Positions 1 through 12,173 of a DNA stretch of 64,000 nucleotides are shown here, in pieces; positions within the stretch are counted from its first letter, which is position 1; each line of letters starts with the position of its first letter. The position numbers were made by a program, and so were the translations under genes. The notes below the pieces were generated by a model, which ran no database searches, was not told the origin of the DNA, and saw only the letters and a list, made by a program, of their open reading frames with translations. Source of the DNA: Lama glama (lineage: Eukaryota); the NCBI GenBank assembly GCA_028534125.1, contig CM052818.1, positions 24,430,001-24,494,000 on the forward strand, in the 5' to 3' direction.

Positions 1-199
1 TCACTTAGTGTTGCTGGTGCTCACCGTATACAAGAAAGGGAGAAATTGAAAACGCCTGATTGGTTTTGCTTCTTTTGGATGTTGAGATCTCCATGGACTC
101 CCAAAGCTAGGCAGACAAGCACTTTTCAGATCCTCTGGCCCACGTTCAGAATTTTCTGGATAAAGAAACAGAGACTTTGAACGACAGAGTAGCCTAAAG

Positions 200-440
200 G
201 TCTTACTTTTGGATGTTGGATTCTTACTTATGTTCTATTACTAACCTAGCCACTAACTAGCTTTGTGGTCCTGGGCAAGTTATACCAACTCCCCTGAACT
301 TAGTATCTTTATCTCTAAGAAGGGGCCTCATGACATCTAGTTTATAGGGTTATTCTAAATCTTAAAAGGAATAATACGTGTAAAGCACTTAGCAAATTCT
401 TAACATGTAGAATGCAATGAACAAAGCTTATCACTATTTC
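200..440 (+). mobile_element. MIR SINE remnant
   Basis: MIR core-like words: GCCACTAACTAGCTTTGTGGTCCTGGGCAAGTT ... TAATACGTGTAAAGCACTTAG. Boundaries approximate. Confidence 0.75.
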
Positions 441-576
441 GTTGTTGTTTTTTGGGAGGGAGGTAATTAGGTTTTTTTTGTTTGTTTGTTTGTTTTTTTA
501 TGGAGGTACTGGGGATTGAACCCAGGACTTCGTGCATGCAGAGCATGTGCTCTACCACTGAGCTATACCCTCCCCC
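441..576 (-). mobile_element. Camelid tRNA-Ala-derived SINE (vic-1 type)
   Basis: Reverse complement reads GGGGAGGGTATAGCTCAGTGGTAGAGCACATGCTCTGCATGCACGAAGTCCTGGGTTCAATCCCCAGTACCTCCA, with A and B boxes. It is followed by an A-rich linker, CCTAATTACCTCCCTCCC and an A-rich tail. Confidence 0.9.
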
Positions 577-1164
577 ACCCTACTCCAACCACTCTGTTAC
601 CACTGTTTTTATTGTTGTTATTGTCCAGAGTCATGGAGCTTGTTTGGTGCAAGAGGCAGGATGTGAAGATGGACCACACTACTCTCTGCCAGATGAACTT
701 CCTTGACCTCCTTCCATCCTCTGTTCCCACAAAATTGTAGGGATCGTCAATCACATTTTCCTATTTCTCTTCACTTTGAAAAATTCCTATACTCAAAAAG
801 GATGGTTAAATATTGATTTTTCTGAATATGAACAGAGTTGCCTTGACCTACCCGTGTGAGATGTGTTGGTTACCCCTGCCCAGTACTTTGGTCTATGTAT
901 TTGGCGATGACAAAACTCAGAACCCAGGGGGCTGTGGCTCAGAGGTTGTGTCCGAGGTTTGCTCTGCAGAGAATTCCTGGGCTCACAAGGGTACAGTGGG
1001 GCTCCAAAGAATTCTAATCTATTGTGTACATCTTGTTCCAGTTTTATTCTGAGGAGCTGAAACAACACTTTATTGTGACTCAGCCAAGGAAATAAGCCAG
1101 AAATGTACAATATCTTCTCTATGGAATAGAATATTCTAGATTTCATGCACCCAGCTTTCCAAAG

Positions 1165-1360
1165 CAGTGGACCATAAAGGCTTTGGAATCTAGAGCCAAA
1201 TGGAGATCCTGGCTCCGCAATGTACTATGATCTTCTGTTCATTATGTGACTTCTCCAAGCCTGTTTTCTCATATGCAAAAGGGTTGTAATACCAGTGACA
1301 ACTTCACAGGATTGCTTGGAGGATGATGAGGCATTATTTAATATGTGCCTGGTATCTGTG
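1165..1360 (+). mobile_element. MIR SINE remnant
   Basis: GGGCTTTGGAATCTAGA ... CCTGTTTTCTCATATGCAAAAGGG ... TTCACAGGATTGCTTGGAGGAT resembles the MIR consensus. Confidence 0.65.
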
Positions 1361-4300
1361 AGAGGAACGTAAATGTCCTAGACTAATTGGTGCATGGGGA
1401 ATTAAAAACTATGCTTGTTTTCCATGTTTGTCACCAAAGCAAGTAGTAGGTGTTATGCCTTCCCCCTTTGGAGGTATTGGAGCTGTGCTATGTGCTCACT
1501 TCTTTCCCAAGGGCCAGGATTGTGATGGAGGTGTCTATGTGAGCAGAAGGCTCAGGAATGCTCGCAGGGAGATTCTTCTGGAGATTTAGCCACTACTCTG
1601 TCATCATTGCCCTCAACTGATTAGCATGAAGGAAGCACCATGCCTTGGCAAGTTACTCAGTTTCTTTTTCTCATGGGCATAGATTATGGCCCAGCACTTA
1701 CTGTGCTGAAACCCTCTTCCACCCAACTGTGTTTGCCCTGGGGAGGATGTTTGGGCAGAGGCAGAAGGGAAGATCTTGCAGGCACAGTATAGAGTGATGG
1801 ACTTGAAGGCGAGGAAGGATGCAGGCAAGAAGCCAGTTCCCAAATTCCCTGGATCATCACCCTTGCAAGTCCAGATGTGTCCAGATGACCTCAGCAGCTC
1901 CCCTTCCTGAGAAGTGAGCAGCAGTTTGCCACTTTCTTCCTTCTCCCTTCCCTTCTCCATGTCACATCCAGTTTCAGAACGGGCTTGACCGATGTTCCAG
2001 GGCTCTTAATTCAAGATGAACCATCTGAGCAGGGAATGAGTTTATCTACAGTTTCTCTTCGTGAATAAGGGAAAGAGAGAGGAGGAAAGGAGGAGAGTCT
2101 GAATGCTGACAGTGCAATCTTGTGGCTAAAAGTGTCTTTAAGAGTTTTCCCCCACTCTCCTTAGAGCAGGCAAACCACTCAGGCAATCAGCTTCCTTCAT
2201 GGATAATGAGTATGGACATCATTCCTGGGATTCTGATGGCAGAATATGTAGAAACAAATTATTTGTGACATAGAGCCGCAGAAACGTTAGGTGGTAGGTG
2301 CAGCATAACAGTCTAATCTCACTTGGCTCTGTCGCCCAGAGAGGCGGGCGAGGCTGTGCCAGCCAGCCTTGAATCCAGGTCACCTGGTGAGAGACGCCGC
2401 GAGTAGCTGCCTTGCTGGAGAATTAAGAGTCTGGAACTTTGTTTTTTCTTACTCTTTGAGTAGTCCATACCTCTGCCTCCAGTGGATCCAAGTTCATTGC
2501 CACTCTCCTTACTCCTTGTATGGGGCAGGGTTGGGGGATACAGGAGGCATGAAGCTCAGGGCAGAATATGGACTAACTGAATAGTTATGTGACCATTTAA
2601 GTCATTTATTCTGAGTGTTCTTGAGGAACAATTCTAAAATACACAATCATCTATTTTATTTCGCCAACAGTGATAGTACTCTACAATCATATTAAGTTTT
2701 TATTGTCTTCAGTGCGCTTTCTTGTGCCCTCTCCCACATCATCCTTACAATAGTGCTCCCGAGTACACAAGTTCCCACCATTATGAGAGTTTAACGTTGA
2801 CCATAGTGTTGAAACCATAGCCTTTTAAATTCTTTTTAAGTAGAAGAAATGTGGTAGAACTTATCTGGAACTAATCTAAAAAGATTAAACTAATTCATCA
2901 CCTTGAGGGACAGCAGAAGTTGAATATTTTCTGTGTATGTTTTTCCCCCTGATATTAACACCTCCATCCATTCCCCATGTGTCTCAATAACCCCCTCATC
3001 CACCAAATCGCTTGGTAAGTTGCTCTTTTTAGTAAAAACAGTAGATTTCATTCATAAACCCCATGAAACTAAAGCTGCTGAAAACACAGCATACTCAATT
3101 TTCCAATCCTATAACCAAATCCATTTATGGGAAGAAAATGGCCAAGAAGTCAGTGTGACTCCCAGTAGGAGGCAGGTGGAAGCAATTTGTGGGACAAAGT
3201 AGCCAATTTGTGTTTGATGTGTGTGCCCCATTTCTATTACCCACACACTAATTAGCCACAGCAAATGGAGACACTAGGGTTTTTTAGAATATGTATGTCG
3301 TAATTCTCTTAGTCTGTATGAAGCTAACATGTAAGTCATGCATCTTTCTCTTAGTTGTCATGGAATTCTTCAGTTTAACATATTAAAATAGTAGCCCTTC
3401 CTCTTGGAAGGACCTATTGCAGATGAGTCATTAAAGGTTCATTCATTCCCCAGAACTGTCAATCTACTAATGCTAAGATTACTGCTCTTCCAACAGAGTG
3501 TTTTGAGGTTTGGGGTGCATATTTACATATGTTAAACAGGTGGATGAAAACTTCAGCCTGTGTTATTTTTCCAAACTTACAAATGGTTGGCATCATACTG
3601 AGTCTCTAGTCAATATTAAATTAGATATGATTAATGTTATAACCATATTTAATTAAATATGATTAAGTATTTGCTTTACACAATGTGGAAACAACACACC
3701 GCTTTTGTCTCAGGATGTAGTGACCTACTAAATTATATATATTTTGAATTTCAGAAAACTAAATAGAGTTAGGGGAAATGGGTCATCACTCCACTTTGTT
3801 ACAAAGTAAGGAGTGATTGCTCTAGATGGAAGTTTGTACCTGAAAGGCACCTTAGAACTTTTTAGCACTTTTTTGTTTCAGATTTAGAACCCAGATTCTT
3901 GGAGCAAGAATCGGGCATAGCTAGGACCACAAAGCAACTTCTTCAAAAATATGACACTCCCAATAAATAATTATGGAGCATATACTTACATGTCATGGAG
4001 TTACTGGGTCTGAAACTGGGAACCCAGGAATGGATAGGATACGGTGTCTGCCCTCAAGGAATTCACTGTCTATTTCTGTCTTTTGACATAGTTCCTAGTT
4101 GTAAGACCACAAAAATACCATGAGTATCCTGTGCTTTCACTTCAACAAGACATTTGAGAAAAGCTTTCATCATATTCACATGCCAAGACAAAGACATAGG
4201 AGGTCAAAGAAGGCTGGATTATGCAGCCATTAAGTAACAGCCATCAAAGAGTAGTGCTTGACGTCAGCTTGGCCAAAGGGAGACTCTAGTGGAGTGGCGT

Positions 4301-6599
4301 AGAAGAGTCGTTGGAGAGAGGTCTGACGCTTTGTCAGCTACGTGGGTGAAAATACAGGATAATTAATGAACCTGTTGATGACAAAAAGGAAGAAGATAGA
4401 GCAAAGGCAGCATATGATGGTTTCAGTATCGACAAACAACAAACAAAATGAGTCAAAAATAAAATAAGGAAAATTAACAGGACTAAATGTAGAACACCAC
4501 ATGGAGCTATCCAGCTTGACAGCAAACACAATTAATTACAATGACTAGGCTGTTTCATTTGTATTGAATACTTTTAGCAGAACTTTGTCTTTCATTTCAT
4601 TTGATTTGGTAAAACAGAGAAATAAAAAGGAATCAGAAGTAGAATTTAGGAATCTGTACCCTGAATGGATATTAAGGGGTGGGTTTCTTACAAATGAAAA
4701 TCTTAGCCTTAATAACTTCAGTTTTGCTGAGTTCTCCATGAATTAACTTATTCCTATAGAGAGGCAAATTTTTACTTTTTTCTGTTTGCTTTAAAACAAC
4801 TGTTTGAATTTTGTATATAAGATAACAAATCTTTTATATTCAGTATTTTGTTTCAACATATTTGTAGAAGAAATGATGGATATTTTAAGTACGTAGTAGC
4901 TACACCTAGTGTTCCCATTCATTAGCATGCATTTGGGCAGAGAAAACATACAATTTAGCATTCAGTCGCAATTTTAAATGTCCACTTACCAAAAGTCCCT
5001 TAGTTAATGGGGAGTTTGAAGAACCTACCAGTTTTCCCCACCCATATAGTTAATAACAAAATATAGGAAAATGTTCCTGAAAGTCATGGAAGGTAGCAAA
5101 ATCTCATTTTAATTGGAAGTTTAGTGGAGCTCCTAAATGAGGCATAACATCCTCATGAAAAAGAAATCAGAAATCAGTTTACTGCTCTTGCTTGGCTCGT
5201 ATCTTTACTCTCTCTCTCTCTCACTAAACAACTGAAAGTTCTTAGGAGTCGGGCTGCAGCATCTGCATATTTTAAGATGCTCTCAACAAGGAGATGTTAT
5301 TCCTAGAAATTTGAGGACCAAGTCATTCTGCCCTTGGGCTCTCCTAGTTAAGAAAAGTCCCTGAAGCACTTCATGTTTTTTTCTTTTCCGCAGAATCACT
5401 TTTAATATTCTTCAGTTGCCACAGAGGGAGTACTAATGTACAATGCAAATCAGATCTGACTAAATGGATTAAGGAAAGTAGACTGAGGCCTGTTCCTTAT
5501 TTCTTTGCAAAATTGAATAAATTATTAGGTTATCTAGTCAAAGCCCAAGAGCAGTAAGGGCAGTTTTCAAATTCTCAGTATGGTGCTTGGATGCTATAAA
5601 TGTCATTCTCTCTTTACCACCTGCAGCCTCCTTCCTTGGGCACACGCTCTCTCTTCCCTCTCCCCTCCTTCTCCTGCTCTCAAGAATGAGCCCTTGGAGA
5701 GGTAGCAGGAAAGAGGAGTGTTGCCTTAAAGCTTTAATGATAGCCTTATCTCCAAACGCAGTGTATTCTAAAAGTAGATTGTGGATGGACTGAGAGTACA
5801 GTGCTTCTGTGACTAGGAGCCTATTAAACTGCATAGAATTTATAGGATTAACAATCTTTCGATCACATTATCACTATATAGGACTTAAAATTCGTGTCAA
5901 CAATGTTATGATTCACAGGTCTTTCTGTTACCACATTTTCCTTCTTGTGATCAAAACCTGCTGGACTCTAATCCTGCCATTTATCATTCATCATGTAGAA
6001 GAATTCTGTAGCCTGACATTAGATAAATAAAACAATTATCAGGACAAAGAATTTTCTCATTTCTTTAGTCATGTTTATAGATGGATTTAAAAAAAAACAG
6101 ATGAAACCTTTCTTTTAGAATGACCATGTTATACAACAAATCATCACAAATTCCATTATGATTTTTATATTCATTATATTCCTTTTGAATTCACTGTTTG
6201 TTAAGTAATTTGGTCATCTTTATGGATTCGCTGTAGTCATCGTTTTTCTTGGAAATACTATGTTTCTAAAGAAATCTGAGGAAGTTCTGGACTTAACAGT
6301 CTAACTTTCCTTCTGATCTTTTTTTTTTCCTCAGTGGAAATCATCTTTTCAGAATGGTATACTTGCAACATAAGAGTATATGTACATGTGAATATAGGCT
6401 GTATAAAATTAGATTCTTTAATTACATCTTTTCATTATTAGGAAACAAAAATATGACCAGCAAGTGTTATATCTTTTCAATTGTTGCTTTTAGGGCAAGG
6501 ATGGACATGGAGGCTACATTTAATTTTATTTTAATAACCCAGGAAATACATTTTTCCTTTGCCATTTAAAAATATAAAATTAAAATTATTCAGAAGTTT

Positions 6600-7180
6600 T
6601 TAAAAAAGTAAAAGTTGAAAGCCCATGTTAAACCTCTGTTACAAATAAGACATAGCTGCTGATTGGTTTGGACAGAAACTTCTGGACCTTTTCTAGGCAT
6701 TTATATCTATAGGTAGGTATACATAGATAGCACTACTTAATTAGAACTGTATCTGCTATTATGCAACTTGCTTCTTCTCTTAACCTAAAAATTTGTCCTG
6801 GATATTTTATCAGCAAATTTAGGTCTACCTCCTTTTTAAAAATTCTTGCTTGGATTCAAAGCCTAGTTTGGCTACTTGACATTTCTGCGGCCTCCCATAA
6901 GCTCCTTTGCCTCATCATCAAAGTGCAGGCAATAACTAAAGATTTCTGTTGTTACGAAGATTAACTGAGTCATTGCATGAGAATACTTAGAACAATTTCT
7001 AGCAGATAGCAAACCGTATATGTCAGGGAAAAAAAATCCCATATTGATGGACATTAAAGTTGTTTCCAGATTTTTTTTTAACAAAAATGCTACCTTACGA
7101 ATTTTTATGCACTTGTAAAAAAAAAAATCTATAAGCTCCTAGAAGTAGAATTGCTGGATTCAAGGTTATGCATAAATAAT
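6600..7180 (-). mobile_element. Old L1 (L1ME-like) 3' fragment interrupted by a MIR at ~6860-7020
   Basis: TTGATGGACATT..GTTGTTTCCAG and CCTAGAAGTAGAATTGCTGGATTCAAGGTTATGCA are antisense L1 words. The nested segment has MIR words (GAAGATTAACTGAG..CATGAGAATACTTAGAACA). Confidence 0.6.
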
Positions 7181-7989
7181 CTTGCATAAATCATCTCCTT
7201 GATAATCTTGGCCATAAAGATATCTCACTGCAGTCTGAGGCGTGAGCAGCAAATTCTAGTTGACTTCCCTTTTACTATTCAGCTCTTTACTGAAAACATT
7301 AAATCAGTTGTCATGGATTCTACTGATCCTAATGCTTTATATACACAAAACTTTCTAAACCTGATACATAAACCTTCATATAATAATTGAAAACACCTTG
7401 AACTGTGTACCAATTCATACTATTTCTAAAGTAACATCTAGATATCTTATTTTATACAACTTGATTAAATAACATCAAGAGTTTGACTTTTTTTGATGAC
7501 AAAAAATTATGTGAACAAACAGACCATAAACAAGCCTGTAGAACATACTTCATCTATATGCCCCTGGATAGCAGTGGACTATCACCCAACAAATTGTACC
7601 CAACTGAGGACTTTTCAATTGCCTTGAAGAAACCAGAGAGAAACTAGGTCAAAAGCTTAACAGAATTGCTTTCTCTACCCTTCACTTAGCATCAATACAA
7701 TGATTTTTCTTGTAAAGCCCTATGAAGTTACAGATTACAAACTCTCTGATATTATGGGAAAATTAGAAGTGTTTAAATTTCACCTGCTTCTACTGAGAAA
7801 AATGTGGTTTTAAAATATGAATGATTGAAACTCCCACTGATTCGTATGCAAACCCTAAAACTCCAAGTTTAGGGGTTTTTTTAATTGAACACAGTCACAT
7901 CAATACAACTTTATTTAAAATCCGGTATGGCTGAGAGGTTTTTTTCAGAGACTCCAGTCATTTACCTTTTTAAAAAAATTCTTATACAC

Positions 7990-8480
7990 AGCAAATATTT
8001 ATTTAGTTCCTACTGCCTGTTACATGTACGTTCCCTACCTTTGTGAAGATTTCATGCCAGTAGGAATCACAGAAATAAGAAAGGAGAACATACCAAAGTG
8101 TAAATGCAGGTTATGAAAAAAAAATGCTGTAAGAATGAAAGGATTCAGTAAAAACTGAAACAGGAGGCCTGACTTAGATTAGGTGGTCAGGGAAATTCTT
8201 TGCTAAGGAAGTATCATGTGGATAAAAATCTAGCATCTGACTGGAACATTATGCTGTACACCAGAAACTGACTGCAACTGAACTATACTTCAATTAAAAA
8301 AAAAAGATTTAGGAAAAGGAATTCAAGACCGAAGCACATTTAAGACAAAAGAAACAGCGTGTATGGAGATTTTGTGGGAGGGAAAAAAAATGTGATCTAC
8401 TCAAGGAGAGGAGGGAAGGCCACTGGACCAAACTGAGGGAGAAAGTAACCCAGAATGAAGATGGGGTAGTACACAGGCCC
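7990..8480 (-). mobile_element. L2 LINE remnant
   Basis: CAAATATTTATTTAGTTCCTACT ... GGTCAGGGAAATTCTTTGCTAAGGAAGT is typical antisense L2. Confidence 0.55.
8235..8305 (+). mobile_element. Ultra-short L1 3' end with poly(A)
   Basis: GACTGGAACATTATGCTGTACACCAGAAACTGA..CTATACTTCAATT(A)n. Matches the L1 tails at 39318 and 40609. Confidence 0.8.
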
Positions 8481-9845
8481 CTCCTCCAACCTGATCGGTG
8501 GCCTCTCAAAGTCAGCTGAGGGCGAATTTCTAAATGCCTATTCTCTCTGCCCTTCCTGAAAGTCCACTAGACGAAGGATGAAGGAACAGACGCTCTTATC
8601 ACTGACTTTGGTAAGACAATATGCAGGATGACAGAACACTCTTTGATCCCCTGTTGACACTCTTCAAGGTCTAAAATCACCAGGTTCAGCCCTTTCCTCA
8701 GAATGACTTCACAAAAGACAAATCAGAAGGTACAGTGGTTTGTTGAGAAGGGAACCATTATTTTCTGAAGTCAATTTACAGAAGGCTTCCAAGATGTTAT
8801 TGATTTAAAAGCTCACAATTACTCCTCTGGGTGTACTTCTCTCAGTTAGGTCTTGAATCCACACCGTATTATATTCTGAAATGAGCTTTCCTGGGATAGA
8901 TTTGTCCCCAAGATGGATAATCATGGAGATCATGCCAGGTGACCAGGGGTCTCTCCAGAGGGGTGTCTCTGGAAGGAGCTGTTCCACGGCAGCTTGACCC
9001 CAAATCCAGCTCAGACACTGGAAAAAAAGCCCAAAGCCCCACATGAGACTCCCTGGTTGGTTGGCAATTTTATTGCCAAGCCCTCCAAAAGGCTATCACG
9101 TTATGAGGCAGGGGAAATAAAAATGAGAGAAAGGACAGATCAATTAGTCTGACTTGTCAGCAGTAGACATTTGAAGAGTCCTCTACTATACATTAACATC
9201 ATAGGTAGAAAAGTCCTGAAAATACATTTATTTTTTCTTTTGCTATTGCCCCGATGAGAATGTGAGTGTCCTAGAAAGAGAAAACTCTGTATGTTAACCT
9301 CATTGCTCAGTTTTCCCTCCTTCTTTTCTTGCTTTCTTTCCTCTAAATCACAAGTAAAAACTTTTAATGTAGTTTATATTTAATTCACCATGGACATGTA
9401 AAGACAGACTATAAAACAATTGTACAGTTAACCATGTGGTGTGACAAGTTAATGTGCTGTTAGATTTCCCATATATGTTGAATGCACGGGTGTTTTTAAC
9501 AATTTGCAGCTTGTAAGAATTTGAAAGTGAGCTGGTAGATTGCGAAAGAGGGAAAGGGGCCTTTCCAATAATCACCATGTTGTTGTCACTGAGTATAACT
9601 TCAACCTGGCAGTAAAAGTTAAGAGTGAATCCATTCTAACTTGCTTTATGAAAATAGGATAAAAATTTCACATTAGCTGAAAAATCCAATGGATAAAAAT
9701 CCATTAACATAAAATAACAAAGGGATTTTTGAGGGACACATAAAGTTATTCTTACACTAGTTGAGGTCAAATCATCATCATAATAATAGAGTTTGGTTCC
9801 CTCAGAGGCGATTAAATCAGGGCTGCTCTGGAGTGATGGTGCAGA

Positions 9846-9860
9846 GCCACCAGGGGGCCT
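9846..9860 (+). promoter_or_regulatory. Candidate CTCF site
   Basis: GCCACCAGGGGGCCT matches the CTCF core CCACCAGGGGGC exactly. Confidence 0.6.
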
Positions 9861-11361
9861 TTTTAAAATGCAAGTCTCCATGGCGCCATTGCTAGACATG
9901 TACCCCACTTCCCTTCCTCTTGGAGAAAAAATATCCCAGGGACTCATCTACAAATGGGAGTGAGTCGTGTCGTGACAGCAAAGCCCTGGGTTTTAACCAA
10001 GAGACTCCCAGTTTGGGATCCAGGTAACAGAGAATTTCAGCATGAAACTTAACCTCCCTACTGATAATGTATAGCCTCTGTTTTTATTTTTTAGATTTTG
10101 TTGAGCAAAGTAAGGAACTCAGACATAAAGCCATGGAATCATAAACTCAAAACCACTGATTTAACACTCTGGACCCCTCTTCCCTTTGGCTCAGCTCTGG
10201 CTTTACATTGTAGACTGGCAAGTTTGTTTTGAGACAACACTTCTAATAATCAAGAACATAGGTGTTCAGTTGGCATAAACTTTGCTTGCTATATATTGCA
10301 TTGAATTTCTATGTCTAGAAAATACGCCCAGTCGTTACACAGTTCTGTCATGGGCACCAATCACGGGGATAACATCAGAGTTGTGGGGTGAGGTGGAGTT
10401 GAACTCGAAGTTTAACCAAGTTGCTTGAAACATTTTTTATTTTGGTTTTGGTTTTTAACTGCTGTATATTAAAGGTGAGGACAAGGAAATACTGACCTGG
10501 ACTACTTTAAACTATCTGTGAAAAAAGAGAAAAGTCATTACTCATTATTAAACATGATAATGGAATCTTTGTGGTCGTTTAAGTCCTGATGACTGAAACA
10601 TAAAGTTACATAGAGCAAATATAATATTCTTTGTTTTCTGGTTTCAAAAAAATGCATTGTGGTTTTTTAGGGACACAATTTCCCTTTGCTTTAATTCTCT
10701 TAATTCTTTTTGAGCATCTAACAAAGATTTGTAGGACAGTCAAGCTGGATGAGAAAGCAGCGAGTTATCCCAGGAAATTCATTACTGTAAATCTGGTCCT
10801 GATGCTGCCAGTCTTTTTCTTTGAAAATGTATCAGCTTGGCTTCCTTATCTATAGGAGGGGATGAAGTAATCGTGGGAAGAACGTAAGTTTAAGATCTGA
10901 TGTTATCTCTACATTTTGTGAGAATTGATATACAGGTCAAATAGAAGATGCAGAATTTGCCCGAACTATGCTATCTACCTCTGTTCCAAACTAAGATAAA
11001 AACACAGGAAAGCTTTTGAAAAACAGTAATTTTTTTGCCTTTTAAACCACATTCCTCGTTATTTCAAATATTTATTGAACTTGAATATGATCCTGGCACC
11101 ATCAAGGCCCAGCAATGAGAAAGATAGGGGCCTTGATTTGGTAAAGCCAACTGTCCAGCTCACAAACTTGAGACACTAATTCTCTATCCTTCAAATTCCC
11201 TGCAAGTACCCTTATGTTATCCAAAATCCACTATTCCAGAACGCTTACTCCTCCAATAGAATGCTTGCTTAAGATTTTTCCTAGGTCCAACTACCTACCA
11301 AAATATGTTTGTCTTCCACTCCGCTCCCTCAAACCCTATCTCTGCTTACTAATCTAATACT

Positions 11362-11424
11362 ATGTGTGTGTGTGTATATATATGTATATACACACACACA
11401 CATATATATGTATATATATATACA
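11362..11424. repeat. Compound (TG)/(TA)/(CA) microsatellite
   Basis: Directly visible dinucleotide runs. Confidence 0.9.
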
Positions 11425-12173
11425 TATTGCAATAAAGCAAGTCACATGAATTTTTTGGTTTCCATGTACATATGGAACTTATATTTATACTATACTGTAG
11501 TCTGTGATGTGTGTAATAGCATTATGTCTAAAAAACAGTACATACCTCAATTAAAAAATACTTTATTGCTAAAAAATGCTAACTGTTCAGCCAGCAGTAA
11601 TCTTTTTGTTGGTGGAGGGCCTTACCTTGATGTTGACGGCTGCTAACTGATCAGGGTAGATATTGCTGAAGGTTGGGGTGGCTGTGATAATTTCTTAGAA
11701 TAAGACAGCGAAGAAGTTTTGCCTCACTGATTGACTCTTTCACTTGAACAACTGGAGGTCATTGTAGGGTTATTAACTGGCCTAATTTCAATATTATTGT
11801 GGCTCAGGGAATGGGGAGACCCAAGAAGAGGGAGAAATATGGGAGCTTGGCTGGTCTTTGAAGCAGTCAAAACACACACATTTGCTGTCTTATATGGGCA
11901 TGGTCCATGGAACCTCAAAACAGTTACAGTAGTAACAACAAAGATCACGGATCACCACGACAAATGTAATAATAATGGAAAAGTTTGAAATATTTTGAGA
12001 ATCACCAAAATGTGACACAGAGACCAGAAGTGAGCAGATACTGTTGGAAAAATGGCACTGAAAGACTTGTTCATTGCAGGGTTGCTATAAATCTTTAATT
12101 TAAAAAAAAAAACCCACACACAATATTTGCCACGCACAATAAAATGAAGTGTAATAAGATGAGGATATGCCTG
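11425..12173 (-). mobile_element. Internally deleted Tigger1 DNA transposon (TcMar-Tigger, non-autonomous)
   Basis: Right end GATATGCCTG is the Tigger1 TIR (CAGGCATA..). The minus-strand ORF 11724-11948 ends MTSSCSSER, resembling the transposase N-terminus MASKCSSERKS. 11425-11740 matches the Tigger1 3' arm. Confidence 0.85.

Noticed and set aside
501..576. tRNA-Ala(TGC)-like cloverleaf
   Set aside because: It is followed by the SINE-specific tail, has stem mismatches and has three paralogues in the window. It is a SINE head, not a tRNA gene.
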